From Mesorhizobium yinganensis (GTDB taxonomy: Bacteria > Pseudomonadota > Alphaproteobacteria > Rhizobiales > Rhizobiaceae), in assembly GCF_040081985.1 (NCBI RefSeq), contig NZ_JBEBMH010000002.1:1-64000 (forward strand): a DNA stretch of 64,000 bases. The letters run 5' to 3'. The position numbers were made by a program, and so were the translations under genes. Position 1 is the stretch's first letter; each line of letters opens with the position of its first letter. The notes under the pieces are model-generated. The model ran no database searches and was not told the origin of the DNA. It saw nothing but the letters and a program-made list of their open reading frames with translations. Below are positions 8,633 to 18,295 of this stretch, one piece after another.

Positions 8633-10867
8633 ATGGGGGCTGTCGGCTTGGGGCACGACAATCGGCAAAATGGGCGCGGGGTTGATGCCCGGCCGCTGAA
8701 AAGAAGGATCGCGCTGCTCGCCGGCGTGGCGTCGATGGCGCTGATCGGGGGATCGGCCCTGGCGCAGGAACAAAAGCCTCTGGTGCCGACCCAGGAACAG
8801 GCTTCAGCCACCGAACAGCAAGGCGAGAACAAGCCGGAGGAAGGCACGGTCAATGCCGCAGGCAATACGGTCCTCGACCAGATCACGATCGTCAGCAGGA
8901 CCGGCGAATCGGCAATCGATACGCTGGCATCGGTCAGCCATGTGGATCAGGCACAGATTGAGCGCCGCATGGCCGTGACGCCCGGCGATCTCTTCTTCGG
9001 CGTCCCGGGTGTCGCCGCCCAGACGGACGCCAAGCGCGGCGCAACCAGCATCAATATTCGCGGCCTGCAGGATTTCGGCCGAGTCGCGGTCATCGTCGAC
9101 GGCGCCCGCCAGAATTTCCAGCGCTCCGGCCACGGCACCCAATCGGTCTTCTTCATTGATCCGGAACTCGTTCAGCAGGTCGACGTGATTCGCGGCCCGG
9201 TCGCCAACACCTACGGTTCGGGCGCCATCGGCGGCGTCGTGTTCTACGAGACCAAGGACGCCGAAGACTTCCTGCGCCCGGACGAGACCTGGGCCGCATC
9301 GACGACGGCCCGCTACGATACCAATGGCGAAGGCTTTACCACCAGCGCCACCGGTGCCTACAAATTCAACGATGCCGTCGACGTGCTCGGCAACATCGTC
9401 TACCGCAATTTCAACGACTACAAGGACGGCGATGGCAACGACGTCTCCGGCACCGGCTTCGACATTCTGGCCGGAATGATGAAGAGCACCATTCGTCCGA
9501 CCGAGAACAGCGAGTTGAAACTCGGTTGGGTCGGCGAAAAGCAAAACTGGACCGAAGGCTCGGACGTCTACGACGTCGACCAGGACCAGAACACCTTTAC
9601 GGGCCGCTACAACATCACGGATGACGACAGGAGCTGGCTCGATCTGCACGTCAACCTGTCGGCCAACATCGCCACCCTCGACCAGACCTACGGGCAGAAC
9701 GTGACCCGTTTCAGCTCGGTGACCGGCCAGCCGATCATCATTCCGAAGGGTTCCAAGACCGGCTACGATCTCGATACCTACGGCATCGACCTCTGGAACA
9801 CGTCGCGCTTCGAGACAGGCGTGATCGCGCATGAACTGACCTATGGCGGCGACTGGGTGACGGATGATGTCGTGACGAGCAGCCCGGAAGGCGGCGACGA
9901 TCTGTTCACGCCTTCGGGCAAGCGCCGCCTCGGCGGCGCCTACATCCAGGAGAAGCTCACCTACGAGTGGCTGGAGATCATCGGCGCTCTGCGTTACGAC
10001 AGCTACAAACTCGACGATGACGACGTCAACGTGTCAGGCGACCGGCTTTCACCGCGCATCACCGTGGGCGTCTCTCCGTTCGAAAGCATAGGGCTCGAAG
10101 GCTTGCAGTTCTACGGCACCTACGCCGAGGGCTACCGCGCGCCGTCATTGTCGGAAACGCTGATCAGCGGCCTGCATCCCAATGGCGTCGTGTTCCCCTT
10201 CCTGCCCAATCCGGATCTGCAACCCGAGACCGCCCACACCGTGGAATTCGGCATCAACTACGCTCAGGACGGGCTGATCCAGGCGGATGACCGGTTGCGC
10301 GCCAAGGCGGCCTACTACAACAACGACATCGACGACTATATCGGCCTCGCCACTCTGTCGCCTTTCGATCCGACCAGCGGCTGCCCGTTCGTGCCCGGCC
10401 CCGGCGTGATCCCGATCTGTTCACAGTATCAAAACTTCGCAAACGCCAAGATCGAGGGTTTCGAATTCGAGAGCGTCTATGATGCCGGCTGGGGCTTTGC
10501 CGGCCTGACGGCCTCGATCATTCAGGGCTACACGGTATCCTACTCGGGCGAGCGCGAAGATCTCTCCACAATCCCCTCCTCGCAGGTCACCGGCCAGATC
10601 GGCTTCCGCTTCCTCGAAGACAAGCTGACCGTGGGCGGCGAGGTCCAATACAATGGCAAGCCGAAGGGCAACCCGACCGCGGACGACTATACGCTGGTGA
10701 ATCTGTTCGCCAGCTATCAGCCCAACGAGGATTTCCGCATGGATTTCCGCGTGGACAACCTCTTCGACGAACAATACGTCAACCCGCTGAACGGCACGAC
10801 CACCACCCCGCTCTACGAGCCTGGCGTGTCGGTGAAGCTCGCAGCAACCATGCGTTTCGGAGGCTGA
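8633..10867 (+). CDS. hmuR: TonB-dependent outer-membrane heme receptor
   Basis: 744 aa. Signal peptide RRIALLAGVASMALIGGSALAQE; TonB-box/plug region DQITIVSRTGES...; beta-barrel with typical receptor blocks (NIRGL, FYETKDAEDF). It is divergent from hmuPSTUV. Confidence 0.85.
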   Translation: MGAVGLGHDNRQNGRGVDARPLKRRIALLAGVASMALIGGSALAQEQKPLVPTQEQASATEQQGENKPEEGTVNAAGNTVLDQITIVSRTGESAIDTLASVSHVDQAQIERRMAVTPGDLFFGVPGVAAQTDAKRGATSINIRGLQDFGRVAVIVDGARQNFQRSGHGTQSVFFIDPELVQQVDVIRGPVANTYGSGAIGGVVFYETKDAEDFLRPDETWAASTTARYDTNGEGFTTSATGAYKFNDAVDVLGNIVYRNFNDYKDGDGNDVSGTGFDILAGMMKSTIRPTENSELKLGWVGEKQNWTEGSDVYDVDQDQNTFTGRYNITDDDRSWLDLHVNLSANIATLDQTYGQNVTRFSSVTGQPIIIPKGSKTGYDLDTYGIDLWNTSRFETGVIAHELTYGGDWVTDDVVTSSPEGGDDLFTPSGKRRLGGAYIQEKLTYEWLEIIGALRYDSYKLDDDDVNVSGDRLSPRITVGVSPFESIGLEGLQFYGTYAEGYRAPSLSETLISGLHPNGVVFPFLPNPDLQPETAHTVEFGINYAQDGLIQADDRLRAKAAYYNNDIDDYIGLATLSPFDPTSGCPFVPGPGVIPICSQYQNFANAKIEGFEFESVYDAGWGFAGLTASIIQGYTVSYSGEREDLSTIPSSQVTGQIGFRFLEDKLTVGGEVQYNGKPKGNPTADDYTLVNLFASYQPNEDFRMDFRVDNLFDEQYVNPLNGTTTTPLYEPGVSVKLAATMRFGG

Positions 10868-10869
10868 GC

Positions 10870-11310
10870 TTGGCACGTTCGACTGCAGCGAAAATTCTGT
10901 TCCTGGCGGCGGCGCTTGCCGTCGCCGAGGGCAGTGCCGGCGCACAGGAGCAGGCCGCAAAACCTGCTCTATCGCTGGAACTGAACGCCGCGCAGCCATC
11001 GCAAAAAGGCTGCCGGCTGACCTTCGTCGTCACCAACGGGCTCGGCGCCGAACTTTCCAAGGCAGCCTTCGAGATCGCCCTGTTCAACGAGGTGGGCGTG
11101 GTCGATACGCTGACCGTGCTCGACTTCAAGGAACTTCCGGCCGGCAAGACCAAGGTGACCCGTTTCGACCTGCCCGGACTCGACTGCGCGAAGATCAGCC
11201 GCGTGCTGGTCAACCGCGCCACCGACTGCGCCGGCAAGGGCGTCGACCCCGCCGCCTGCATGCGGCAACTGGCGCCCGGCACCAAGGCCAAAATCGCTTT
11301 CGGCGTTTGA
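10870..11310 (+). CDS. Hypothetical exported protein immediately downstream of hmuR (possibly co-transcribed)
   Basis: TTG/alt start 3 nt after the hmuR stop. Signal peptide MARSTAAKILFLAAALAVAEGSAGAQE. 146 aa with no recognisable catalytic motif. Confidence 0.4.
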   Translation: MARSTAAKILFLAAALAVAEGSAGAQEQAAKPALSLELNAAQPSQKGCRLTFVVTNGLGAELSKAAFEIALFNEVGVVDTLTVLDFKELPAGKTKVTRFDLPGLDCAKISRVLVNRATDCAGKGVDPAACMRQLAPGTKAKIAFGV

Positions 11311-11732
11311 CCGCCGATTCCCACCCAGGGATACGCGGCCGGAACACGGCTTCGCCCTGCCCCGTTTGAGCGTCGGACAATTTTGAACGCCCGGCAAGTC
11401 GGGACGAAGCACTTGCTGTCTCACGCTTCACAAGGAGCCAAGAGATTGAACTTTCTGCGCCTTCACAGGCTGGCCGCGCATCGCGGCGACGGCCTCAACG
11501 CCAAAATGCTCGACCTGCTCGACCTGCTCGAGCGCCGCGCGAGCCTTGCCGCCTGCCCGAACGTCGAGGAGCTTGCGCACCATCGTGCCACCACGCATAT
11601 GCAGGCTGGCCCCAATCCGGCCGCGCCGGCATCCGCCGATCTGCCCGAAGGCGTTATCCGCTTTCCGGCAAGACCGGGTCCAAGAAGCGCCGCGCGGCGC
11701 TAAATCCTGACAGGCAACAGAGGAACACAGCC

Positions 11733-12047
11733 ATGTACATAGCCATGAACCGCTTCAAGGTGCAGCAAGGGTCGGAACAGGCGTTCGAGGACGTCTGGAA
11801 GGGCCGCGACTCGACCCTCGGCGAGATGAAGGGGTTTCGCGAATTCCACCTCCTGCGCGGCCCGGTGAACGAAACGGAGGGCTACACGCTGTTCGCCTCG
11901 CACACGGTTTGGGCGAGCCAGGACGATTTCATCGCCTGGACGAAGTCGGAAAACTTCCGCGCCGCTCACCGCAACGCCGGCCAGAACAAGCCGCTCTACA
12001 TCGGCCACCCTCAGTTCGAGGGTTTTTCGGTCGTCGAGGGAGCCTGA
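11733..12047 (+). CDS. Antibiotic-biosynthesis-monooxygenase (ABM) domain protein; possible IsdG/HmuQ-like heme oxygenase
   Basis: 104 aa. MYIAMNRFKVQQGSEQAFEDVWKGRDSTLGEMKGFREFHLLRG... shows ABM-fold size and pattern. Proximity to the hmu locus suggests heme degradation, but this is not proven. Confidence 0.65.
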   Translation: MYIAMNRFKVQQGSEQAFEDVWKGRDSTLGEMKGFREFHLLRGPVNETEGYTLFASHTVWASQDDFIAWTKSENFRAAHRNAGQNKPLYIGHPQFEGFSVVEGA

Positions 12048-12049
12048 CG

Positions 12050-12418
12050 ATGCAGCCCGGCTCCGATCCCGCGCGTTCGATCCCGATCCTGCCATCGCCG
12101 GACATAGCGGAAAGCCGGGCCTTCTATCGCGACCGTCTCGGCTTCGAGACGGTCACACCGGACATGGACGCCTATCTGATCGTTCGGCGCGGCGAGATCG
12201 AAATCCATTTCTGGCTGACGCCGGACCGCGACCTGCCGAAGGTCTCTTCCTGCTACATCCGGGGCGGCGAAGTCTCCCGGCTGCACGCCGAGTTCTCGGA
12301 TCGCAACGTGCCGGGCCTGACGCCGTTCACCGTGCGGCCCTGGAACATGAAAGAATTCTATATCCACGACCCGCACGGCAACCTGCTGCGCTTCGGCTGC
12401 ATTCCCGAAGAAACCTAA
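12050..12418 (+). CDS. VOC-family (glyoxalase/bleomycin-resistance) protein
   Basis: Internal ATG right after the ABM stop gives MQPGSDPARSIPILPSPDIAESRAFYRDRLGFE... with typical VOC beta-alpha-beta-beta-beta signature residues. Confidence 0.65.
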   Translation: MQPGSDPARSIPILPSPDIAESRAFYRDRLGFETVTPDMDAYLIVRRGEIEIHFWLTPDRDLPKVSSCYIRGGEVSRLHAEFSDRNVPGLTPFTVRPWNMKEFYIHDPHGNLLRFGCIPEET

Positions 12419-12439
12419 GGCAACTTCGTATGCCACGCT

Positions 12440-13288
12440 TCAATGTCCAAGGAACTCGACCAGCCTGGAGATGACCTGGTCCGGCGCTTCGTCGATCAGC
12501 CAATGGCCGGAGCCTTTGACCACGACGCCCTCGACGTTACCGGCAACGAGCCTGCCCTGCTCGATCAGGAATTCGCCAGAAGCCTTTTCGCCGGTCAGCA
12601 CCAGCATCGGCATCGCCAGTTTCGTCTTGGCGAAACCGGCAAAATCCTTGCCGTCCTGCTCGAAGGCGCGGAATACCTCGAAGCCGGCACGCATCGCGCC
12701 CGGCTGGGCGTAGGACGCTGCATAGAACTGCCGGTCGCTTTCGGAGACGGAATGCTCGGGATCGGCGGCGAAATCGTTCCAGAAATGCTCGAAATAGATG
12801 CGCTCGCGACCCGCGACCAGCGCCAGCGGCGTCTTGCCGTAGAAATGGAAATGCCAGAGGTCGCGCAGCAGCCAGACATTCGTCCAGTCGCCGACGCCGG
12901 GCAGAAACGCGTCCATCAGCACGATGCGCTCGATCTCGGCCGGATATTGCGCGGCGTAGGCATAGGCGATCATCAGCCCGATATCGTGGCCGGCGAGCCG
13001 CACCTTGCCCAGCCCCAGCGCCGCGACGAGAGCGTGGATGTCGCCGGCCATGGTCTTCTTGTCGTAACCGGCCTCCGGCCTGGCCGACTGGCCGAAGCCA
13101 CGCAGGTCCGGCGCGATGACCAAATTGGTCTTCGCCAGTTCGGCGATCAGCGGCCGCCACATATGGCTGTTCTGCGCATAGCCATGCAACAGGACGACCG
13201 GTTCGCCCTTTCCAGCGGCGAGGTAATGCAGGCGAACGCCGGCGGCGTCGATGAAGCGGCTTTCGATTGTCGGCGAGGGACTGGACAT
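12440..13288 (-). CDS. Alpha/beta hydrolase (epoxide hydrolase/haloalkane dehalogenase-like)
   Basis: HGYAQNSHMWRPLI is the typical HGxP-like block. The nucleophile elbow is GHDIG. About 282 aa. Confidence 0.8.
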   Translation of the reverse strand: MSSPSPTIESRFIDAAGVRLHYLAAGKGEPVVLLHGYAQNSHMWRPLIAELAKTNLVIAPDLRGFGQSARPEAGYDKKTMAGDIHALVAALGLGKVRLAGHDIGLMIAYAYAAQYPAEIERIVLMDAFLPGVGDWTNVWLLRDLWHFHFYGKTPLALVAGRERIYFEHFWNDFAADPEHSVSESDRQFYAASYAQPGAMRAGFEVFRAFEQDGKDFAGFAKTKLAMPMLVLTGEKASGEFLIEQGRLVAGNVEGVVVKGSGHWLIDEAPDQVISRLVEFLGH

Positions 13289-13363
13289 GAAATCTCCTTG
13301 AGGTGCAGGTCGCAACTCCTTACACCCGAACAGCCCCGCGCAGCATGAATTCGACGACGGTCC

Positions 13364-16300
13364 TTATCCCGCTCCTGCCAACAAGCTCGCATTGCCGCCC
13401 GCTGCCGTGGTGTCGACACAGACCGAGCGCTCATGCGCGTAGGCGGCCGGATTCAGCACCTCGCTGATCAGCGGCACAATGGGACCGGGATGGTCGGCCA
13501 GTACCTTGCGGACGATGCGCATCGCATCCGGCGTCCCGGAAAAGGCGACGGCGTCGACGCCAAGTGCCCGCGATTCGACCGGATCGGGCCGGCCGTCGAT
13601 CACCGCCAGCGGAAACCCCTTACCGATGAGCGGCTGCAAGGCGGCCGGCGCTCCCGGCGCCACCGCCAGCACTGCATTGCCGGCGGCGAGCGCCTGCACC
13701 GCCTGGGCAAGCAGCGTCTCGCCGTCCGGCCCCAGGCAGAGCACCTTTCCGCGCGGATGAAGCGTCAGCGTATTCGCCTCGCCGGTCGGGCCGGGCAGGT
13801 CGACGGGACCAAACTCGGTCGCGGCGGCGGCCGCAATCGCCTCGGACGCCTTGCCGCGCAGAACCTTGCGCAGCGCCGGCACGCGGTCGGTGCGCGTCGA
13901 CCACCCGCCCCCGCCCGCATCGGGCAGCGCGTCGGCGAGTTCGGTGGCCGTCACCTTGTGACCCTCGCCGAGTTCGGCTCCCGCTTCGGCCGACTTGCGG
14001 AACCGGCGGAGATAATGCGGGCCGCCGGCCTTGGGTCCGGTGCCGGAAAGCCCCTCGCCGCCGAAAGGCTGCGAGCCGACCACCGCGCCGATCTGATTGC
14101 GGTTAACGTAGATGTTGCCGGCATGCACGCCGTCGACGATGTGCTGCACCCGCGCCTCGATGCGTGTGTGCAGGCCGAAGGTCAGGCCATAACCCTTGCG
14201 GTTGATCGACGAAATCACCTGGTCGATATCGTCCGCCCCGAAGGTGGCGACATGCAGCACCGGGCCGAACACTTCCCTCTTCATCTCGTCGATGCCCGAC
14301 ACACGGAAAATGTGCGGAGCGACGAAGCGGCCCTCGGTCGGCGCGTCGATTTTTGCGATCAGTTTTCCCTTGCCCTCCATATCCTTGCAGTAGCCAAGGA
14401 TCGACTGCCGCGCCTCGTCGTCGATGACCGGCCCAACGTCGGTCGATATCTGCCAGGGATCGCCGACCTTCAGCGCCTTCAGCGCGCCCTCCAGCATCTC
14501 CAGCATCTTTTTCTCCACGTCCTTCTGGACGTAGAGGACGCGCAGCGCCGAGCAGCGCTGGCCGGCGCTCTGGAACGACGAGGCAAGAATGTCGCGCACC
14601 GCCTGTTCCGGCAGGGCGGTGGAATCGACGATCATCGCGTTCAGGCCGCCGGTCTCGGCGATCAGCATGGCATCGGGCGCCGCCGTCTCGGCAAGCTGCT
14701 TTTCGATCAGCTTCGCAACCTCGGTCGAGCCGGTGAAGCAGACGCCGGCGATGCGCGGATCGGCGGTCAGCGGTGCACCGACCGACGGCCCGTCGCCCGG
14801 CAGCAAGTGCAACACCTCCACCGGCACACCGGCCCGGTGCAGCAGGTCGACGGCGCGAGCGGCGATCAGCGGCGTCTGCTCGGCGGGCTTGGCGACCACC
14901 GCATTGCCGGTGACCAGCGCGGCAGCGACCTGCCCGGAAAAGATCGCCAGCGGAAAATTCCATGGCGAGATGCAGGCGATGACGCCCCGCGCCTCGGTGC
15001 CGGGTTCAACCCTGGCCGCCTCGGCGGCGTAGTAGCGCAGGAAGTCCACGGCCTCGCGCACTTCCGCCACGCCGTCAGCAAGCGTCTTGCCCGCCTCGCG
15101 CGTGCATAGCGCGAAGAACTCGGCCGCATTCGCCTCATAAAGGTCGGCGGCGCGCTCCAGTGCAGCCGCGCGCTCGCCGACGGGCCGCTTCGCCCAAGCC
15201 GGCTGCGCACTCACGGCAGCCTTAACAGCGGCGGCTACCTGCTTGGCGCTGGCCTCGGTGACCGCGCCGACCACGTCCGACGGCTTTGCCGGATTCGTCA
15301 CCGCACGTTTCGAACCATAGCCCGCCGCCTTGGGCGCCGGTCCGGCGGTCCAACGCTCGGGACTCGCGAAAGCCGCCCTCGCCTCGCTGATCCTTCCCAG
15401 CGTCACAGCGTCGCTGACGTCCCACCCCTGCGCGTTGCGCCTGCCCGCGCCGAAAATCGCTGCTGGTTTTGCAATCGCCGGATTGGCGGCCGGACCCTGG
15501 TTCTCGACCACCGCGAACGGATCGCGCGCAATCTCCTCCGGCGGCACGTCCTCATCGGTGACTTGGTGCACGAAGGAGGAGTTGGCGCCGTTCTCCAGCA
15601 GCCTGCGGACCAGATAGGCCAAAAGGTCGGAATGCGCGCCGACCGGCGCGTAGATGCGGCAGCGCGTGCCTTCCGCCTTGCGCACGGTCTCGTGCAGCGC
15701 TTCGCCCATGCCGTGCAGCCGCTGGAACTCGAATTTCTCGCGGTCGGGCGCCATTCGCAGGATGGCGGCAACGGTATGCGCATTGTGCGTGGCGAATTGC
15801 GGATAGATGCGGTCGGTCATCGAAAGCAGCTTTTTGGCGCAGGCGATGTAGGAAACGTCGGTATTCACTTTTCGCGTGAAGACGGGATAGCCGGAAAGCC
15901 CCAGTACCTGCGCCCGCTTGATCTCGGTGTCCCAATAGGCGCCCTTGACCAGCCGCACCATGATGGTGCGGTCCAGCCTCTGCGCCAGCGCGTAAAGCCA
16001 GTCGATGACGAAGGCCGCGCGCGGGCCGTAAGCCTGCACGACCACGCCGAATCCGTCCCACTCCGCCAGCCGCGGATCGGCCAGCACTTGGCTGATCACG
16101 TCGAGCGACAGGTCGAGCCGATCGGCCTCCTCGGCGTCGATGTTGAGGCCCATGCGCGCATGGGCAGCCGCCAGCGCCAGGGACAACAGCCGATCGCTCA
16201 TGACAGGCAGCATGGTCTCGCGCTGCGCCTGCTCGTAGCGCGGATGGATCGCCGAGAGTTTTACCGAGATGCCGGGATTGGTACGGATATCGGGACCGTC

Positions 16301-16984
16301 GGTGCCGCTGTTCAGCGACGAGATGGCGTCGGCATAAGCCTTGAGATAGCGCAGAGCGTCCGCCTCGGTGCGGGCGGCCTCGCCCAGCATGTCGTAGGAA
16401 TAGAGATAACCCTTTTCCAGCATGTCGCCGCCGCGCCGCACCGCCTCGTCGATGGTGCGGCCGAGCACGAACTGATCGCCCATCTCGCGCATGGCGGCGG
16501 ACACGGCGCGGCGGATGACAGGCTCGCCCAACCGGCGCACCATCGAGCGCAGCGTACCGGCGATGCCGTCGTCGGCGTCGTCCAGCACGCGGCCGGTGAG
16601 CATGAGCGCCCAGGTCGAGGCATTGACGAAGATCGAGCTGGACTCGCCGGAATGCGCCGACCAGTCATGCGGCGCGATCTTGTCCTGGATCAGATCGTCC
16701 ATGGTCTGGGTGTCGGGCACGCGCAGCAACGCCTCGGCCAGGCACATCAGCGCCACGCCCTCCTTGGTCGACAGGCCGTAGGCGGAGAGAAAAACCTCCA
16801 TCAGCCGGGGGTCGGAAGAGGCGCGTACCGCCCGCACCAGTTCGGCGGCGCGCGCGGAAATCGCCTTGCGCTGCTCCGGCGACAGGTCGGCCGCCTTGAC
16901 CAGCCGGGCCAGCGCCTCGTCCTCGTCGGGCAGATAGTTTTCACGGATATTGCTGCGGAGCTTGTCGAGCAAAAGCGCGGTCAT
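13364..16984 (-). CDS. putA: Bifunctional proline dehydrogenase / delta-1-pyrroline-5-carboxylate dehydrogenase
   Basis: 1206 aa with an N-terminal PRODH domain and a C-terminal aldehyde-dehydrogenase domain (active-site block around FQSAGQRCSALR). It is divergent from an Lrp-type regulator, as in rhizobial put loci. Confidence 0.95.
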   Translation of the reverse strand: MTALLLDKLRSNIRENYLPDEDEALARLVKAADLSPEQRKAISARAAELVRAVRASSDPRLMEVFLSAYGLSTKEGVALMCLAEALLRVPDTQTMDDLIQDKIAPHDWSAHSGESSSIFVNASTWALMLTGRVLDDADDGIAGTLRSMVRRLGEPVIRRAVSAAMREMGDQFVLGRTIDEAVRRGGDMLEKGYLYSYDMLGEAARTEADALRYLKAYADAISSLNSGTDGPDIRTNPGISVKLSAIHPRYEQAQRETMLPVMSDRLLSLALAAAHARMGLNIDAEEADRLDLSLDVISQVLADPRLAEWDGFGVVVQAYGPRAAFVIDWLYALAQRLDRTIMVRLVKGAYWDTEIKRAQVLGLSGYPVFTRKVNTDVSYIACAKKLLSMTDRIYPQFATHNAHTVAAILRMAPDREKFEFQRLHGMGEALHETVRKAEGTRCRIYAPVGAHSDLLAYLVRRLLENGANSSFVHQVTDEDVPPEEIARDPFAVVENQGPAANPAIAKPAAIFGAGRRNAQGWDVSDAVTLGRISEARAAFASPERWTAGPAPKAAGYGSKRAVTNPAKPSDVVGAVTEASAKQVAAAVKAAVSAQPAWAKRPVGERAAALERAADLYEANAAEFFALCTREAGKTLADGVAEVREAVDFLRYYAAEAARVEPGTEARGVIACISPWNFPLAIFSGQVAAALVTGNAVVAKPAEQTPLIAARAVDLLHRAGVPVEVLHLLPGDGPSVGAPLTADPRIAGVCFTGSTEVAKLIEKQLAETAAPDAMLIAETGGLNAMIVDSTALPEQAVRDILASSFQSAGQRCSALRVLYVQKDVEKKMLEMLEGALKALKVGDPWQISTDVGPVIDDEARQSILGYCKDMEGKGKLIAKIDAPTEGRFVAPHIFRVSGIDEMKREVFGPVLHVATFGADDIDQVISSINRKGYGLTFGLHTRIEARVQHIVDGVHAGNIYVNRNQIGAVVGSQPFGGEGLSGTGPKAGGPHYLRRFRKSAEAGAELGEGHKVTATELADALPDAGGGGWSTRTDRVPALRKVLRGKASEAIAAAAATEFGPVDLPGPTGEANTLTLHPRGKVLCLGPDGETLLAQAVQALAAGNAVLAVAPGAPAALQPLIGKGFPLAVIDGRPDPVESRALGVDAVAFSGTPDAMRIVRKVLADHPGPIVPLISEVLNPAAYAHERSVCVDTTAAGGNASLLAGAG

Positions 16985-17139
16985 GGCGATCCCATGGGTG
17001 GCGGACGATGAAATTGGAGACAGGATGCACAGCTATCATGACGCAGATTTTTCCACGCACCAAATTGGTGGCTCTAGTGGGTCAAACGCGCTAGCCTTTG
17101 AGCCATCAAATAAGCGAATGGACTTTAAATAAGGCTTTC

Positions 17140-17586
17140 ATGGATCAATTGGATCGCATCGACCGAAACATTCTTGCGGCCCTGTCGCGCGACGCGCGGC
17201 TGTCGTCCAGCGAATTGGCGGCAGTGGTCGGCCTGTCCAAGACGCCGGTGCAGGCGCGGGTACGGCGGCTCGAAAAGGACGGCTTTATTCGCGGCTACTC
17301 GGCCGTCATCGATCGCGAGCGCATGGGCGAAGGCCATGTCGCCTTCGTGCAGGTCAAACTGTCAGACACACGCTCACTGGCGCTCGCCGAATTCAACCGT
17401 GCGGTCCAGGCGGTGCCGGAGATCGAGCAGTGCCACATGATGGCGGCGAGCTTCGACTATCTGCTGAAAGTCCGCACCCGCGATATCGCGGCCTACCGCC
17501 GCGTGCTCGGCGAACGCATCTCCGCCCTGCCGCATGTCGCGCAGACCTCGACATTCGTGGCAATGGAGACGGTGAAGGACCGGTAG
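17140..17586 (+). CDS. putR: Lrp/AsnC-family regulator of proline utilisation
   Basis: MDQLDRIDRNILAALSRDARLSSSELAAVVGLSKTPVQARVRRLEKDGFIRGY is an AsnC-type HTH plus RAM domain, divergent from putA. An alternative upstream start lies at 17098. Confidence 0.8.
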   Translation: MDQLDRIDRNILAALSRDARLSSSELAAVVGLSKTPVQARVRRLEKDGFIRGYSAVIDRERMGEGHVAFVQVKLSDTRSLALAEFNRAVQAVPEIEQCHMMAASFDYLLKVRTRDIAAYRRVLGERISALPHVAQTSTFVAMETVKDR

Positions 17587-17714
17587 ATGGCGCGCGCGTA
17601 GGGACGCCCTGCGGGAGCCGGTATGCGTCAACTAGCAGCAGCCACGGTTGGCGTCGTAATAGCTATCCACGGCATCGCTTCAGCCGAACGAGGCGTCGAA
17701 AAAGGAGATTAGAC

Positions 17715-18185
17715 ATGCGCCGCGATTTCAAGAAACTCAACCGACGTAGCTTCTTGCTAGTGTCGCTCCGGCTAGCAATCGCGGTGGCGGCTTTTGGATT
17801 GACGGGATTCGCTGGTGCGGCCGATTCCCTGCAGGGCACATGGGTAGCTACCAAGGTCCTGTCCGAAGGCAAGCCGGCGGAGAATTTGGTCGGCCATCGG
17901 CTGACCTTTGATGGCGCCAACTTTCAGATCCAGTCGAGCGGCGGGCAAATCATCTTTGCCGGCACGACCAGCATCGATCCAGCCGCTAACCCCGCTTCCA
18001 TCGATTTCGTCAACGTCGAAGGCGGCGCAGCAGGTGCCACCTGGCAGGGCATCTACGCATTCGATGAAGACACGCTGAGCATATGCGACAATTCCGCGAA
18101 CCTCGATGCGGATCGGCCCGCCGCCTTTGACACCGCGAGTGGTTCGGGTCACGTGCTTTTCATCTTCGAACGCGCCAAGCCTTGA
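17715..18185 (+). CDS. Hypothetical exported protein
   Basis: Good RBS (aaaggag) before ATG. Signal peptide MRRDFKKLNRRSFLLVSLRLAIAVAAFGLTGFAGAAD. 156 aa. Confidence 0.5.
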   Translation: MRRDFKKLNRRSFLLVSLRLAIAVAAFGLTGFAGAADSLQGTWVATKVLSEGKPAENLVGHRLTFDGANFQIQSSGGQIIFAGTTSIDPAANPASIDFVNVEGGAAGATWQGIYAFDEDTLSICDNSANLDADRPAAFDTASGSGHVLFIFERAKP

Positions 18186-18295
18186 GCGGGCGTGGCGCAA
18201 GCCACGCCAAAAAAGACCTTTCGATGCCGGCAATCCTTTGGCCTCAAGGCATTGGGGCGGATTGCCGAACCTGCTTGGTTCGGCGTGTTCCTCAG

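Noticed and set aside
8804-9832. 342-aa minus-strand ORF inside hmuR
   Set aside because: Antisense to a strongly supported TonB-dependent receptor, with no domain signal.
11383-11703. 106-aa plus-strand ORF between the hmuR-linked gene and the ABM gene
   Set aside because: No RBS, no motif, and a composition typical of random high-GC ORFs. I left it unannotated.
13433-17011. Long plus-strand ORFs (558 aa, 482 aa) antisense to putA
   Set aside because: The products are Arg/Gly-rich nonsense. putA on the opposite strand is unambiguous.
18186-18220. Hairpin ggcgtggcgcaagccacgcc after the exported-protein gene as a terminator
   Set aside because: An A-run follows it on the plus strand and a U-run precedes it on the minus strand. 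Neither orientation gives the stem-then-U-tract geometry of an intrinsic terminator.
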